Assembly (NCBI RefSeq): GCF_018350175.1
Contig: NC_058383.1
Span: 6,326,001 to 6,390,000 of the forward strand
Origin: Felis catus
Taxonomy: Eukaryota
Direction of reading: 5' to 3'
Length of the DNA stretch: 64,000 nucleotides
In this document: positions 26,371-40,900 of the stretch, piece after piece
Layout of the letters: the number at the start of each line of letters is the position of its first letter
Numbering within the stretch: the first letter of the stretch is position 1
The notes under the pieces: model-generated
What the model was told of the DNA's origin: nothing
Seen by the model: the letters and a program-made list of their open reading frames with translations, nothing else
Database searches by the model: none
Program-made: the position numbers and the translations under genes

Positions 26371-26654
26371 TTAGAGATGTGAACGTGCCTGGAGGTATGT
26401 GTGCACATCCTGTGAAAGCACATATGTTAAATAAAGATCCTTATATGTTATGTCTATGCAACTACATATGCAGTCACAGGCCCCACTTGTTAACCTCAAC
26501 CCCAGACTTTACTCTCTCTCTGTATGACTTCCCCACATGGTGACCAATGTATGACACACCTAACATCTCAGAGGTTAAGTTTTCAAATTTCCTAGAATAG
26601 AACTATACCAGATAAGATGGCTTAAACATCAGTCAGATGGGTAAGTTTCATATC

Positions 26655-26780
26655 CAGTGACCATATCAACCAAACTAGGGCACATTTTAGAAAAAGAAAG
26701 GGTACTATTATTGATTATGCCAGGACAGCAGGTTTAAAACAGAATTGTTCCAGACAGAAACAAAAAATACAGTTACCCTA
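26655..26780. mobile_element. MER94-like hAT-Blackjack element
   Basis: gtgaccatat...aaagggtactattattgattatgccaggacagcagg...gttacccta. Confidence 0.6.
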
Positions 26781-27298
26781 GAATATGCCCACCAGATGAA
26801 ATTTTTTTCCACTTCCAAGAGACATTTCTACTGTTCTATAGATGCCAAAACATGAAATAAATCACCTTCTCTTAGGCATGCTATTTGATAATGGCAGATA
26901 AATTGGAACCTGGGGGAAAAGGAAGGCAAGATATGACTAAGTCTTGAAATATGTTGTCCAATAGACTAATGCAGAAACTGATAGCATTCCTGCTCATCCA
27001 AGATTTGGAAAGGACACAGAAGCATTGTCCATTAGATGCACATCACTTTCCAGAGTCATTTTTTTCAATTTAATCACTAAAGACACAACTGTAAGCCTAA
27101 AGTAATATACACAGCTTAAATCAAGAGAGAGGGTTACTAAGAACCATGGGTGGGATTCTCAATCTACAAGATTAACAAACCTGTGTTGTGGAGAGATTAA
27201 TTTCTTCTAATTGATATTAAGAACCTAATTTCACTTAATCCTAAGAAGTTGAAAATCAGTCTGCACCCTTGGAAATAAGATGTTAAGGGAATCAGATG

Positions 27299-27490
27299 AT
27301 TTTTTTTTAACGTTTATTTATTTTTGAGAAAAAGAGAGAAAAGCCACAAGCCAGAAAGAGGGAGACAGAGGATCTGAAGCAGGCTCCTTGCTATGAGTGC
27401 AGAGCCTTACATGGACTCGAACCGAGAGATCATGACCTGAGCCAAAATTAAGAGTTGGCCGCTTAGCCAACTGAGCCACCCAAGCACCCC
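27299..27490 (-). mobile_element. CanSINE
   Basis: Reverse SINEC body. Confidence 0.85.
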
Positions 27491-27859
27491 TGGAATAGGA
27501 CGATTTCTTATGTGCAACTATTTACCCATGTTCTCTCCTCTTCCCTACTCTGTTATACTCCATCCTGTGATACTGGGGCTAGGACTCCCAGATCCCATGC
27601 TGGCAGGCTCCCTGTTCACTTCTGCAATGCAAAGTTCTAGAGAGAGGGTGAGAGATGAGGAAGAAAAAGAGGCTTCTTGCCTGTTTCCCTATTTCTGTTA
27701 ACATCGTTCCAGCAGCAGCTGAATTTCCAAATGTAGAAATTTATCCACAGATAGGCTTGCTGATGGGTAAACTGACACACATGCACTACAGCATCGTGTG
27801 TAAAAGTACAAGACTATAGACACCCTATATGTCCGTTAAAGATGGTCAGGCAATTTAAC

Positions 27860-30800
27860 ATAAATAAAGCAGTAATGGAGGAATAGAGTAACCAAAAAAA
27901 GGGACGTAAGACATACAGAAAACCAATATGAAAATGGCAGGGGGGCCTGGCTGGCTCAGTTAGAGGAGCCTGCAACTCTTGATCTCAGGGTTGAGTTTGA
28001 GCCCTACATTGGGTGTGAGATTACTTAAAAACAAAAGCTTTTAAAAAAAATAATAGACATCTTTGTAATTTTTTTTTTTTTTTTGGCCAGTGACAATAAT
28101 TAGCATTTTATTTTCTTCACTATGGACCCGACAATAAAGCCCAAGTCTAAAAGCTGTACCTGGTTATAGTCTCCTTAGTATAACTGGCTATGTAACACAA
28201 ATGTAAAAGCTTCATGGATATTGGTAGAAGTTTTTCTTTATCAGCAAATACATAAATGTATATTAAACTCTTCAATTGAAAGGCAGAGATGGATGAAATG
28301 GATAACAAAACATGATCCAACTATATGCTGTTCACAAAAGATTCATTTTAGATTCAAATACACAAATCGGTTAAAAGTGAACGTATAGAAAAAGGTATTC
28401 CACACCAACAGTAACCAAATTCAACAGCTAGAGTGGCTATATTAATTAATATCAGACAAAATAGACTTTAAGACAAAAACTGTAACAAGGGACAAATAAA
28501 GACCTTATGTAATAGTAAGAGTCAATTCATGAAGAAGATAAAATAATTATAAATATTTATAAATATATATGCACCTAACAATGGAGCCCCAAATATATAA
28601 AGGAAAAACTGACAGAATTGAAGGGAAAAAAAAGAAAGTTCCACATTAATAGTTGGAAGTATCAACACCCCACTTTCAATAATGGATAGAACAATTAGAA
28701 TAATGGATAGAACAAGGAAATAGAAGACTTAACACTACAAACCAACTAGACCCAACAGACAAATGGAACATCCCATCCAACAACAGCAAAAAACACATTC
28801 TTCTCAAGTGCATTCTCCAGGATTAACTATACATTAAGCCACAAAAAAAAAGTCTTAATAAACTTTAAAGGACTGAAATAATTCCAAGTATCCCTTCCAA
28901 ACACAGTGGAATGAAGCTGGATATCAATAATAGAAGGAAATTCGTAATTCACAAATGTGTTGAAGTTAAACAATGCACTTTTAAAAAATTAATGGATCAC
29001 ATAAACATTACAGGGTAAATTAGGAAATACTTTGAGATAAATGAAAAAAAAAATACCACGTTTTGAAACATAGGAGATGCAACAAAAGCAGTGCAAAGAA
29101 CTGGAAATTTATACCTATAAATGCCTACATTGATTGAAAGAGGAGGATCTCAAGTTAATAATCTAACCTTCCATCTAAATGAACTAGAAAAAGGGCAAAC
29201 TAAACCCAGAGGAAGCAGAATGAAACAATAAAGATCAGAGCAGAGATAAGTGAAGTAGAAAATTAAAAAAGAAAATCAACAAAACGAAAAGTTGGTTCTT
29301 TGAAAAAGTCAACAAAACCAACAAATGTTTAGCTAGACTGACCAAAGGAAAAGACTACTCAGATCACTAAAATAAGAAATGGAAGAGAGAGTGGTCATTC
29401 TTGCTGATCTTAGAGAGATGAAAAGGATAAGAGAACACTATGAACCACTGTATGCCAACAAATTAGAAAACCTAGATGAAATGCAGAAAATCTTAAAAAC
29501 ACAGAAATCACCAAAACTGACTAGAAAAGAGCAAATTCCGAATAAGTCTAGAACAAGTAAAGATTCAGTAATCAAAACACATCCAAAAAGGAAAAGTCCC
29601 AGGACCAGATGAGTTCACTGGTGAATTCCACCCAAATTTTAAATAAAAATTAACACCAACCTTCCTAAATTCTTTCAAAACTAGAAGAAGAGGGAATACT
29701 TCCTAACTCATCCTGTGAAGCCTCTATCACCCTTATACCAAAGTCAGACAAAAACATCACAGACCAAAAACTTGTGAATAGAAATGCAAATAATCCTCAG
29801 TGAAATACCAGCAAATTGAATACAATAACATATTAAAAGGATTCTATACCAGAACCAAGTGAGTTTTATCCAAGAAATGCAAGGGTGGCCGAACAATAAA
29901 AAATCATTTAATGTAATATATAATATCAACAGAATTTTTAAAACTGCAGTATCATTGAATTAATGCAGAAAAAGAATTTGACAAATTCCAGTATCTGTTC
30001 ATGATAAACAAAAAATAAAAACACTCAACAAACTAAGAACAGAAGGGAACTCCCTCAACTGGAAAAGGGCAGCTATGAAAAACCCACAGCTAACATCATC
30101 TTTGGTGATGAAAGGCTGAATGGTTTTCCCCTAATAACAGGACTAAGATTAGAATGTCTACTCTTGCCAGATAAAAAAGCATCCAGATTGGAAAGGAAAC
30201 AATAAAACTATCTTTTTCACATATGACATAATCTCATCTACAGAAAGCCCTAAAGAGTCCACACAAAAGCTATGAAAGCTAATAAATGAGCTCCACAAAA
30301 CTGCAGAACACAAAATCAGCATACTAAAATCAGTTATATTTCTATACGCTAGCAACGAACAATCCAAAAAAAAAGCTAACATGCCACTTTACCTTATTGA
30401 AAAGAACAAAATACTTAGCAATAAATTTAACCAAAGAAGTACAAGACTTAGACGCTGAAAACTACAATACATTGTTACATGAAATTGTAAAAGACCTAAA
30501 TAAACAGATATCCCTTTTCATGGATTATAATGTTCAATAATGTTTAAATGGAAATAATTCCCAAATTAATCTACAAACTCAAAGCAATTCCTATCAAGAC
30601 CCAACTGCCTTTTTATAGAAATGGACAGATTCGGGGCACCTGGGTGGCTCAGTCGGTTAAGCGTCCTACTTCGGCTTAGGTCATGATCTCCCGGTCCGTG
30701 GGTTCGAGCCCCGCGTCGGGCTCTGTAATGACAACTCAGAGCCTGGAGCCTGCTTCGGATTCTGTGTCTCCCTCTCTCTCTGACCCTCCCCCGTTCATGC

Positions 30801-32410
30801 TCTGTCTCTCTCTGTCTCAAGGATAAATAAACATTAAAAAAATTAATAAAAAGAAATAGGCTCATCCTAAAATTCATACAGCATTGCAAAGGATCCTGAA
30901 GTCAAAACAATCTTGAAAAAGAATAAAATTAGAAGACTTACACTTCCTATTTCAACTTACTACAAAGCAACAGTTATCAATATAGTATGAAACTGGCATA
31001 AGAAGAGACATTCTAGACCAACAGAATACAATTCAGAGTCCGGATATACAGCAATACATTTATGGTCAAATGATTTTTGACAAGGTGCCAAGTCCAATCA
31101 ATAAGGGTTTTCAACAAATGGTCTTTCCAACAAATGGTGCTGGAACACCTAGATATCCACTTGCAAAAGGATACATTTGGACCCCTATCTCACAACATAT
31201 ACAAAAATCAATTCAAAATGAATCAAGGACCTCTATCTAACCGCGAAAACTATAAAACTCTGAGGAAGAAACACAGGGGTAAAGTTTTTATTACTTTGGA
31301 TTAGGCAATGGTTTCTTAAATACCACACCAAAAGCACAAACAACAAAATTAAAAAAACAGATAAATGACTTTATCAAAGTTAAAAAATCTTGTGCATCAA
31401 AGGACCCTATAGGAAAGTGTAAAGACAACCTACAGATTGGAAGAAGATATTTGGAAATCATACCAAATAAGGGTCTAGAATCCAGAATATGTTTTAAAAA
31501 AAAAACATTTATAACTCAAAACAAAAATACAAACAACACAATTGGTAGACATTTCTCTAAGGAAGATATGCAAATGGCCAATAAGCACATGAAAAGACCC
31601 TCAACATCTTTAGTCATTAGGGAAATACAAATCAAAACCACAGTAACACCTTATACCCATTAGGATGGCTATAATAGTTAACTCCTAGGAAGGAAGGAAA
31701 AAGAGAGGGAGAGAGAGAAGGAAAGAGACAAAGAGAGAGAAAGAATGAAAGAAAAAGAAAGAAAAAATGAATAAGCGTTTGCTAAGATGTGGAGAAACCG
31801 GAACCCTCATACACTGCTGGTGGGATGGTAAAATGATGCAGCCACTATGGAAAACAATTTAGCTGTTGCTTTTTAAACACAGAATTCCAAATGACCTAGC
31901 ATTTCTACTCTGAGGTATATATCCAAGAACACTGCAAACATATGTTCACACAAAAATTTGCACATCAATGTTCACAGCAGCTTTATTCATAACAGCCAAA
32001 AAGTGGGAACAACCCAAGTGTCCATCAACTGATGGATATAGAAAATGTGGTCCATCCATCCAATGGAATATTATTCGGCCATAAAAAGGAATGAAGTAGC
32101 GATACACACTACAACATGAATGAACCTCGAAAACATTATGCTAAGTGAAAGAAGCCAGACTAAAAAAGGCCACATATTGTATAGGACTGCATTTTTCTGA
32201 AATGCCCAGAATCAGCAAATTCATTGAGCTAGAAAGCAGATTAGTAGTTGCCAGGGCGAGGCTTGGGGGGTGGGGGTAGGGGGGTGAGGGGGATGGAGAG
32301 TGACTGAGCAGTGGGTATTGGATTTCCTTTTTGGGATGATGACAATGTTCTGGAGTTCGGCAGTGATGACGGTTATACGTTGGGAATGTACCAAAGCCAC
32401 TGAATCATAC
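27860..32410 (+). mobile_element. Long degenerate L1M (ORF2 endonuclease and RT through 3' UTR), antisense to SMURF1, with nested SINEs (~27940-28050, ~30633-30855)
   Basis: Remnant ORF2 peptides (REHYEPLYANKLENLDEM; RHFSKEDMQMANKHMKR) and collinear L1 motifs over ~4.5 kb; many stops and frameshifts. Confidence 0.9.
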
Positions 32411-34304
32411 ATGACACCAGTATGTATCAATCAGACTGATATATGTGGAAGCTTTCCCAGATATATTACTGGGTGAAAAAGCAAGGCATAGAACTGAGTA
32501 TATGTTCCCCCTAAAGAAGAAGGGGTGCGCAGGGAGAGGAAAACTATATAAGCATTTTTATCTAATACACCTTTGCAAAGATAAACAAGAAGGTTACCAC
32601 CAGACTGTCTCTGGGGAAAAGAACTTCAAGGATAGGGGCTGGTGTGAAAACACTTCCTTTTTAAAATAAGCCATCTTGTACAGTCTACATGTTGCTCCAT
32701 GTATAGATCCTCCCCAACCCCTGCCGGAAAACAGCAACAACAACAAATTGACCTTTGTGAAAGGGGAAATATTTAAATAAAGGGGTGGTTATATAATGAA
32801 AATACACTAATGGGAAGATTGTTGACCCACACTGGGGCAGAAAGCGGGGTGGGAATGAGATTCTACATGTGTTTGACAATGTAAGGGACTGGTATACTGT
32901 TTTAGAATATAATTACACAAATCCCAAATATAAGGGCATATGGATAGTGTGATGCTTGCACAACAGACAATGGCTGTCTGAGTATGTGACAGCCTCAGTA
33001 TGACCAGCCTGAGTTTGGCTGGTCCAGCTACAAATACTGCCCAGGAAGCCGTCCTCAGGCTCCCTGACTCCCTAGGGGCAGGGAAGCCTGGTTCCTCCCT
33101 CCTTCCACTTCAGATCAAGCTCTCCAGCTGGGGCCTGTGGGCACCAATAAGTAAGGTGGCCCATGTTGAAAGGATGTAAAAACATGTTTTCTCAGACTCT
33201 GGGAGAAAGAGGGAGATTGTGCAGCACACCCATGATTGTCATCAACGACCCCCTTTCAATTCTTTCTTTCAGCTTGAAAGATCTTGCAGCTGTATTGTTC
33301 TCCCGAAAAATTAAATGTACTGGCTTATTAACTCATGGCTTCTAAGTCTCCAGGTACATTTACAAGCATACAAAAGGAAGTCCTATCATTACCCATCACT
33401 ACCTACAATACAACCCAGACAAAGTGCTGGTTTTAGCCATACTTCCTTGGACTGGTGACTGTTTCCCATTTCTGTTGGATTACCATCAAATCTTGCCTCC
33501 TAACCTTTAAATTCACCACAGAAGCTGCTAGTGATTCTGGCTACCATGACAGAACCCCCTGAAGCAGCTGGGGGTGACAGCCAGTCCCTTCCTGCCCCAT
33601 CTTCTTTATTTCTAGAGCGGGGGGAAAAAAACAACACCAAACCTGGAAGCCCCACATAGCAGCTGCTTTTGTGGTCTGTGACTTAATTTAAGGAAGTATT
33701 CTATGAAACCTCCAAAAAGAATCTAAATTTAGATCGAAGTCTTTCACCACCAATGCCAGCCTCTCCAGCTAGGAAACCCACACGCACAGCAGCACAGCAG
33801 GGGGGGAAACAACAAATTTAAAATACACATAAAAGTGTCATCGTCGAGGGATTGAAGCTAGAATTATTCAGGCCAAAGAAATTTTCTTCTGGTACCACCA
33901 ACATCTTGGTTTTTGATAAAGGAGTAGTGATTACAGAAACTTTTAGGGAGAGAAGCAGTGACATAAGGGAGACAGGTTTTCTTTACGAGATTTCTACTAA
34001 GAGAGCTAGGAACTACTCTATATACCAGGATGTCTGTAATGACTTAAGTCCAGCATCGAAGTATTAAGATCAACATATTGCCTAAAAAGAGTTCTCTAAC
34101 ACTGAGTCAGACAGGAAGGAAAACCACCTACTTAACACTACTATTTCCCCAACACCTCACTCTTCCCAAGTGTGTCAATTTAGACCTTGAACTCTGAGGT
34201 AACAGTCACACTGGGATGACTTGATATTAATGGCAATTAACAAGGAGATAGCACTCTCTCCTCTGCATTATTTTTTCACCTTGAAGAGTGAGTCTGTCTG
34301 ATCC

Positions 34305-34487
34305 ATTTATTTATTTTGAGAGTGAGAGAGCATGAGTAGGGGGAAGGCAAAGAGGGAGAGAGAGAGAATCCCAACCAAGCTCCACCCCGTCAGCACAGAG
34401 CCCGCTGTGGGGCTCAAACCCATGAACTGTGAGATCGTGACCTGAGCCAAAGTCGACGCTCAACCGACTGAGCCACCCAGGCGCCCC
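34305..34487 (-). mobile_element. CanSINE
   Basis: TSD tgtctgatccattta. Confidence 0.9.
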
Positions 34488-35589
34488 TTGTCTGATCCAT
34501 TTAAAAACTAATCTTCCCAATGTTCCACTCTCCCAATAAAATTAAAATACTATATATAATTTGAAAGTTAACATTCAACAGCCCATCCTACTTCATACCC
34601 CAGAAAGGTTCTATTTTGCAAGCCGTGTCTGTAGACAGATTTCAGCAGATAACTGTGTAAAAGATAAAAAGAGAGTGAAATTTTCTCTGTTCTTTCCGCC
34701 TTGCATCCTCCTCTTCTCCCCACCCCCCATCAGCTGGGAAACATTCCCAGATTCTTCTCAAGCTCAGTTTGGAAGTAAAGCTGAGCCTTGATAAACACGT
34801 AGCCCAGGAAATGCTCTGGATCACAGACCACTTAGAAGACTTGGTCTATCCTCTCCCAAGAGACCTCTTTCAAACTCCACTTGATAGGGTGGGCAGGCAG
34901 TTTTAGATTTTCACTAAAACCTCCTGGAACATTACTGAGTGATAAAATCATAGCAGTCTGGCAACTATACAAATGGTGGAGAGAGCGCCACACCCAAAAC
35001 AAGCTCCTGAGACTTCAGGGAAACTATGGTTCCAGTGAGCTCCCCATGTCGTTTACCCTCTGTGGAAATCAGGGAGCCGGAAGGGGAGCAGTGTCCACTA
35101 ACATAGCTTCTGCGCATAACTCCTACAAGACGGCTGCTTGATGCTGGTGGGACACAACAAAATAGCTACAGGGACCTGTTTTTAGTATTTCTGAAATGTT
35201 AATGTCCTTGGCCCAGCACTACCAAAAGGACAGACTCGATCACACAGACATCAACCATATTTCTTTTTCCATAATCACGATTTCACATCCTTTCTCCTGT
35301 GTCTTTTGGCTAACCACTGGTGTCACACTCGGTTTCTGTTAAAAATGTCTCCAAGACCCAACCATTATCTACGCTCGCAAATTCTCCCCTAAACTTGGTT
35401 CATGAGTTCAAACGCTGGATTAAGTGGAACCACAAAATGCTCTATCTCAGAGGGGCAACCAGTTTCATGATACCATTAAATAGAACATACCATTCTTTCA
35501 CAGGGAGAGGGTGGCGATGAGGCCTGAGGACCAAACCAAATAGAAAAACAGCACAGGCACAGCCTGAACCAAGAATGCTCCAACTTTTA

Positions 35590-35875
35590 CCAACTGACGG
35601 TTGTCAGAGGGAAAAGGCGATGGGGGGTGGGGGATGGGGGATGAGCAAAATGGGTGAAGGAGAGAGGAAAGCACAAGAAGGAGGAAGTCATAGGGATGAA
35701 AGTACAACATAGGGAATATAGTCAATGGTACTGTGATAGCGTTGTATGTATGGTGACAGACGATGGCGACATTTGTAGTGAGCACAGCATAATGTACAGA
35801 GTTGTCAAATCACTATATTTACACCTGAAACTAATGTAATATTGTATGTCAACTATACTTCATTTAACAAAAGAG
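35590..35875 (+). mobile_element. L1 (carnivore/L1MA-type) 3' UTR fragment
   Basis: gaaaagtacaacatagggaatatagtcaat...acacctgaaactaatgtaatattgtatgtcaactatact. Confidence 0.8.
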
Positions 35876-35922
35876 GGGGGAAAAAAGGTGACTTCAAACT
35901 TTTGGGAATCACTAAAATTTTA

Positions 35923-36268
35923 CAGTTGAGTCTTGAAATGAGGGGATGGGGGGGGGGGTTGAGGCACTGACATCCCCATCCCTGTACAGTTGAAAATCTC
36001 TATGTAAATTCTGACTCCCCCCAAAATACAACTACTAGTAGCCTACTATTAACTAGAAGTCTTATTGATAACATAGACAGTCAACTAACACGTATTTTTA
36101 TGTTATATGTATTATATACTGTATTCTTACAATAAAGTAAACTAGAGAAAGAAAGTTAAGAAAATCCTAAGGAAGGAAAGACATTTACAGTCCTGTACTA
36201 CATTTATTATATATAATAATATATATAATTCAACACAGTTCAAACCTATGTTGTTCAAGGGTCAGCTG
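35923..36268. mobile_element. Tigger2a-like TcMar MITE
   Basis: Terminal inverted repeats cagttgagtcttgaa / ttcaagggtcagctg, flanked by TA on both sides. Confidence 0.82.
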
Positions 36269-38971
36269 TATTTATTTTTTAGAAGTGTAATTACCGAGTA
36301 ATGTTACAGTGATAATATACGTGACACATAATGACAAGGCACAGTTTATTCTGATTTTTAGTAAATAATCAATAGGAATGTACGCCAAGTAGGAAACGGC
36401 AATAAAAAATATTAAGTTAGTAAGAGGTGGTGGAAATTTGAGAAGATTCACTTTCCTTTTTATATTGTTACTCATCTCTGTCACAATAATGCCAGTGCCA
36501 TTTGCCCCCTCCATAAACAATCTTGAAGCGATCACTTTCTGGGAAGGTTGGTTGAGAAAGTGAGCTCCTAACTGAATGATGTTTAACGGCGATTTTAATT
36601 TGAAGAAAAGAACTAGCTTCAGAAACAACGTTTATGCCAACATAGAAAGTAAGAAGCAAAGTTAACTTCACGAAGCCGTCACCTTTAATCCACTTACAAG
36701 ATAACTCAGTGAAGCCTTAGGCCAGGGAGCCTCTACCATATGCTGGGCAACAGCTGGGCACCAAATTACTTCATTTATTCCTTGCAACAGCCTTATGAGG
36801 TAGGTCTTATCTGAGGCTTAAAGCTGAAATGCAGGGCTTGCCCAAGGACACTGGTATGCGGGGAAACTGGGAGGACTGACTCCACAGTCTCCAAAATGAG
36901 GACAGGAGTAGTACCTACCTAAGTAAGTTTACTGAGAGGAAACTCGTGAGAAGTGCCTAGCATCGCGCCTTCCTGGCGAGTAGTAAAAGCCTCAATAATT
37001 GACAAATAGCTTCATCATTACTGCCCAGAGTGACCCCAATCCTGAACAGCAAACCTGGACAGGAAACCCCGGTCAGGTGTATCCTAAAACCCACATCCAA
37101 CCACAGCGCTCACCTTAGAATTCCACAGGATGTAGTTTGTGTACCTGACCTAGTTTCCATAAAAAGAGCCAAAGGCCAGAAGAGGCACTCCAAAGAATAA
37201 CGTCCCAACACTAAAGCTTCAAGTTGGCATTTGTCAGACTCTCAATCTAGAATCTCTTTGGAGAGACTCCAAACAGGGTGTGAAGGTTGTACAGCCCCCA
37301 GCATAAGTGATCCGGGGCAAGAGCCCTGGACCTTCCACGGGATCTGCCTCCCCACCTCGAGGAATTCCCTCCCGTGCACTTTAAGTTTAACCTATTTTGC
37401 CCACAAAAAGATTTTAAACAGTACCTGACTGTAAATGGAAATAGTTCCAGTGTCAAAAAAAAAAAAAAAAAAAAAAAAAAGATTAAAAAAATCACTCCAC
37501 AAACACGAATTTACCATCCATACTGGAGGAGCCATAGTTGGGCTCCAATTAGAACTTCTAAGAAGGATTTTCAGAAAGCATGTTGCAATAAACCAGCAAG
37601 ATACTAAAGTGAGCACATCAGAGGAAAGGCTAAGGCAGCCTTCCCTGAACACCTGCTGTGTTTTATCAAGATGTTCAAGATCATTTAGCATTTACATCAC
37701 TTAACTTGCTTCACAGACACTTATCTCCGACCCCCCCCCCCCCACACACCCACCCACCCAATTGGAATGGTTTTTCAAGGGTCATACAGGGAATCTGACG
37801 TTAACTTTGTAACAACGCACAGACTGGGTAAACAAGTATTTCCCTTCATCTGGTCTCTGACCCCTTCCTGGTGTCCAGTATGTTACTTTCCAGACAACCT
37901 AGCACCTAGTTGTTATTCAATAAATGTTTGTTAAAAAGAAATTTTGTAGACCATTTAGTCTAAACTTGGCCCCCACAAAGGATTCCTGGTAAAGCCTCTA
38001 GAAAGACTATCATCCAGTATTTGCATAAAACAGCAACACGCAACACTCACTTTGTGAAGGGGCCGAATTTATTCCCTCATTAGACAGTTCTCACTGTTAA
38101 CAAGTTCCCCTCCAACAGGCAGCTGCACACAGTAGGCATCACAACTGTCATTCTCTAAGCACTTACCCTGCAGACCCTTTTTCTAGAACTTTCTAGAGTT
38201 AGAAAGTGGCAAAGCCAGAATTGGAGCACAGGCCTCTAGCGTGGCTGGCTCTTAGCCATGGTACTACATTCACTGGATCCTGTGCTGCCCTCTGGACACA
38301 AAAGACCCCCTTCTACACATCAGAATTTATCAGGTCAGTTCCAGATCAAATCTCTCTACTGCTACCCAGACCCCTCGGCCTGTCACTGAAGCCTGTGTCC
38401 TCTGTTCCCTCTGTTTGGCCACCCTCTTGCCCCATTCTGTCTTTGCATGTGCTATTACCCCACAGTCCCTGTCCCCATGCAGATCTTTCCAGAGCGACTT
38501 CAAATTTGGCCTCCCCAGCAGCTAGGCCTCTGTGGCCCACAAGGAGCTGTCTTTTCAATCTAGCACCTTTGGGTTTTTTTTTGTTTTTTTTTTTAATGCT
38601 TAACTGTTTCTAGTGCCTGTCTCACTCCCTACTGTACTGTTAAGTTCTGGGTAGAGACTATTTTTGTAACCTTTCTCTCATCCTTAACACCTGTAAGTAT
38701 TGTGCTCAATCCTGAGTAACACAGTGAATTGACTTCGGTGCCTACCCTCCTTTCAAAATAATCTAACTAGAAAATTAATAACAAATTCGAATGCAAAAAT
38801 TATAAACTATAATGTCAAAGAATGAAGCCTCACTCAAATAATAAAGTGCTTATTTCTTCTTTGTATTTTTCAATAGATATATATTCCCTTAAAGGATAGA
38901 TAGGCTACAATGATGTAGTAACACACTGTAGTCACAATTTCTCTGGTATTTATTTAAAATGATTATTCTTT

Positions 38972-39333
38972 GGGGGCACCTGGGTGGCTCCGTGGGTTAA
39001 GCGACCAACTCTTGATTTGGGCTCGGGTCAGGATCTCACAGTTGTGAGATCAAGTCCCATTTCAGACTCTGTGCTGACAGCACAGAGCCTGCTTGGGATT
39101 CTCTTTACCTCTCTGACACTTCCCCCACTCTCTCTCAAAATAAAATAAACTTTATTTATTCGTGCATGCAAATGGAGGAGGGGCAGAGAGACGAAGAAAG
39201 AGAGAATCCTAAGCAGGCTCCACACTGTCAGTGCTGAGCACAATGCTGGACTCACAGTCACGAACCATGAGATCATGACCTGAGTCGAAATCAAGAGTTG
39301 GATGCTTAACCAACTGGACCACCCAGGCGCCTC
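38972..39333. mobile_element. Tail-to-tail pair of CanSINEs (+ 38972-39150, - 39151-39333)
   Basis: Forward head at 38972, reverse head ending ~39333; 17-bp TSD around the pair. Confidence 0.88.
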
Positions 39334-40847
39334 TAAAATGGTTATTCTTTATTGAGATGCCCTTTTGTTCTTTAATGATAATCTGAACTGGGTTTATTTG
39401 GTGTTACGTATTTCACAGCTGTTAAAAAGAAATAGGCAACACCAATCAGGAAAGACTGACATGATGTAGAAACAAATGAACATAACAGAGGTTTTATTCT
39501 CTGCTATCATTACATGTCCAACACAGGTTGTGTTGTCATTGTCGGGGCGGGATGGGGGGGCGGGGGGGGGGGGAGTACATGGACCAGGGCAGAAGGGGAC
39601 TCTCCGTGCCACGTAATCATTCAGGGACCCAGGCTGACAAAGGCCCCACCATGCGCCACATGGTCCCCAGTGCTCCACGGAAGAGCTGGAGGCTCTTCCT
39701 GTTTCGGCCCCACAGTGGGACAAATCACTTCTCACACTTCACTAGCCGGAACAAGTCACGTGGCCCCACCTAAGCAACAGAGATGTTTCTGCTACAGAGA
39801 CAGCTCTGGGTGTACGGACAATGGAGCGATCCCTGATCTATATTATGTGAACAAGCAAGGCGAACAAAAGTACACATCATATACTGTCATCTGTGTTAAA
39901 GAGAGAGGCGGGGGACAAAGGGAAATGAACAGAGACCCTTTGGAAGAATCCAAGAGAAACCAGCAGTGCGATGATAATAATAGCTACTTCTCTAGAGGCA
40001 AGTTCTTGGCTGACAAAGGACAAGGAGGGTAGGAGACTTATTTTTAATGAATACCCTTTTGTATCATACGCGTACATCATCTATTTAAAAACTCCGACTG
40101 AAGTTTTTAGGCTGTGATGTATACACTTCAAACTAATGAGTTGTTTTATTTTTCTTTTCTGAATAAAGTCCCATCTATTCTAATATAAGAAATGCCAAAT
40201 CCTTGACTCACACTGCCTGAAATTAAACACCTGGAGTAACACCGACATCATCATACCCTTTTGCAAAGCCTTGCTGAGAGATTTTGACTGGCTCCTGTCT
40301 ATTCTAAACATAAACATCGCTACTGTACAGGTGATAAGAAAAGTGCCGACATTGATAAACTGTTTCCTTTTGGAAATATTTTTTCTTGGTATTTCAACAG
40401 AGGTACCATTTCCTAAAGTCAAACTCCTTGTCTGAAATAAAACATAAAAACTTTTTTTCCCCTACCGTTAGGCTGAACCCTAGACAAAATCCAGAAGCCA
40501 AACCTGGGTTTCCAAAAAGAAAACACACACTGTTGTCTCAGAACGCATGAAATTATGGAATGTGCAGAGTGAGTCTTTTCCAAAATCATCACCAACACCC
40601 TCAAATACTATTTAAATACTTCATGTGCCAGATGTGCCTGAGGACAGCCTCTGGGGCTTATGACGAGGCTCGAGGTAAGCCATCGGCACATCTGCTCCTC
40701 TCCTGCAATTGTCGTGAACAAAAGTGGAACCCCACTGACATTCAGTTCGTGAAGTAAGCCATAAATAATGCAATAAGTAAACAGGTATGACAAGTCTCCA
40801 AAAAGACTTCCGTGATTCATTTCAAAGTTAATATCAAAAATAGACCT

Positions 40848-40851
<4 letters not shown>

Positions 40852-40895
<44 letters not shown>
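40852..40895 (+). repeat. (GA)n microsatellite
   Basis: Directly visible. Confidence 0.95.

Positions 40896-40900
<5 letters not shown>

Noticed and set aside
27860..32410. Possible active L1 or domesticated reverse transcriptase
   Set aside because: ORF2 is broken into pieces under 80 aa by stops and frameshifts and is interrupted by SINEs.
39514..40032. 172-aa ORF
   Set aside because: Overlaps a G run and MLT1-like sequence; no recognisable protein or exon structure.
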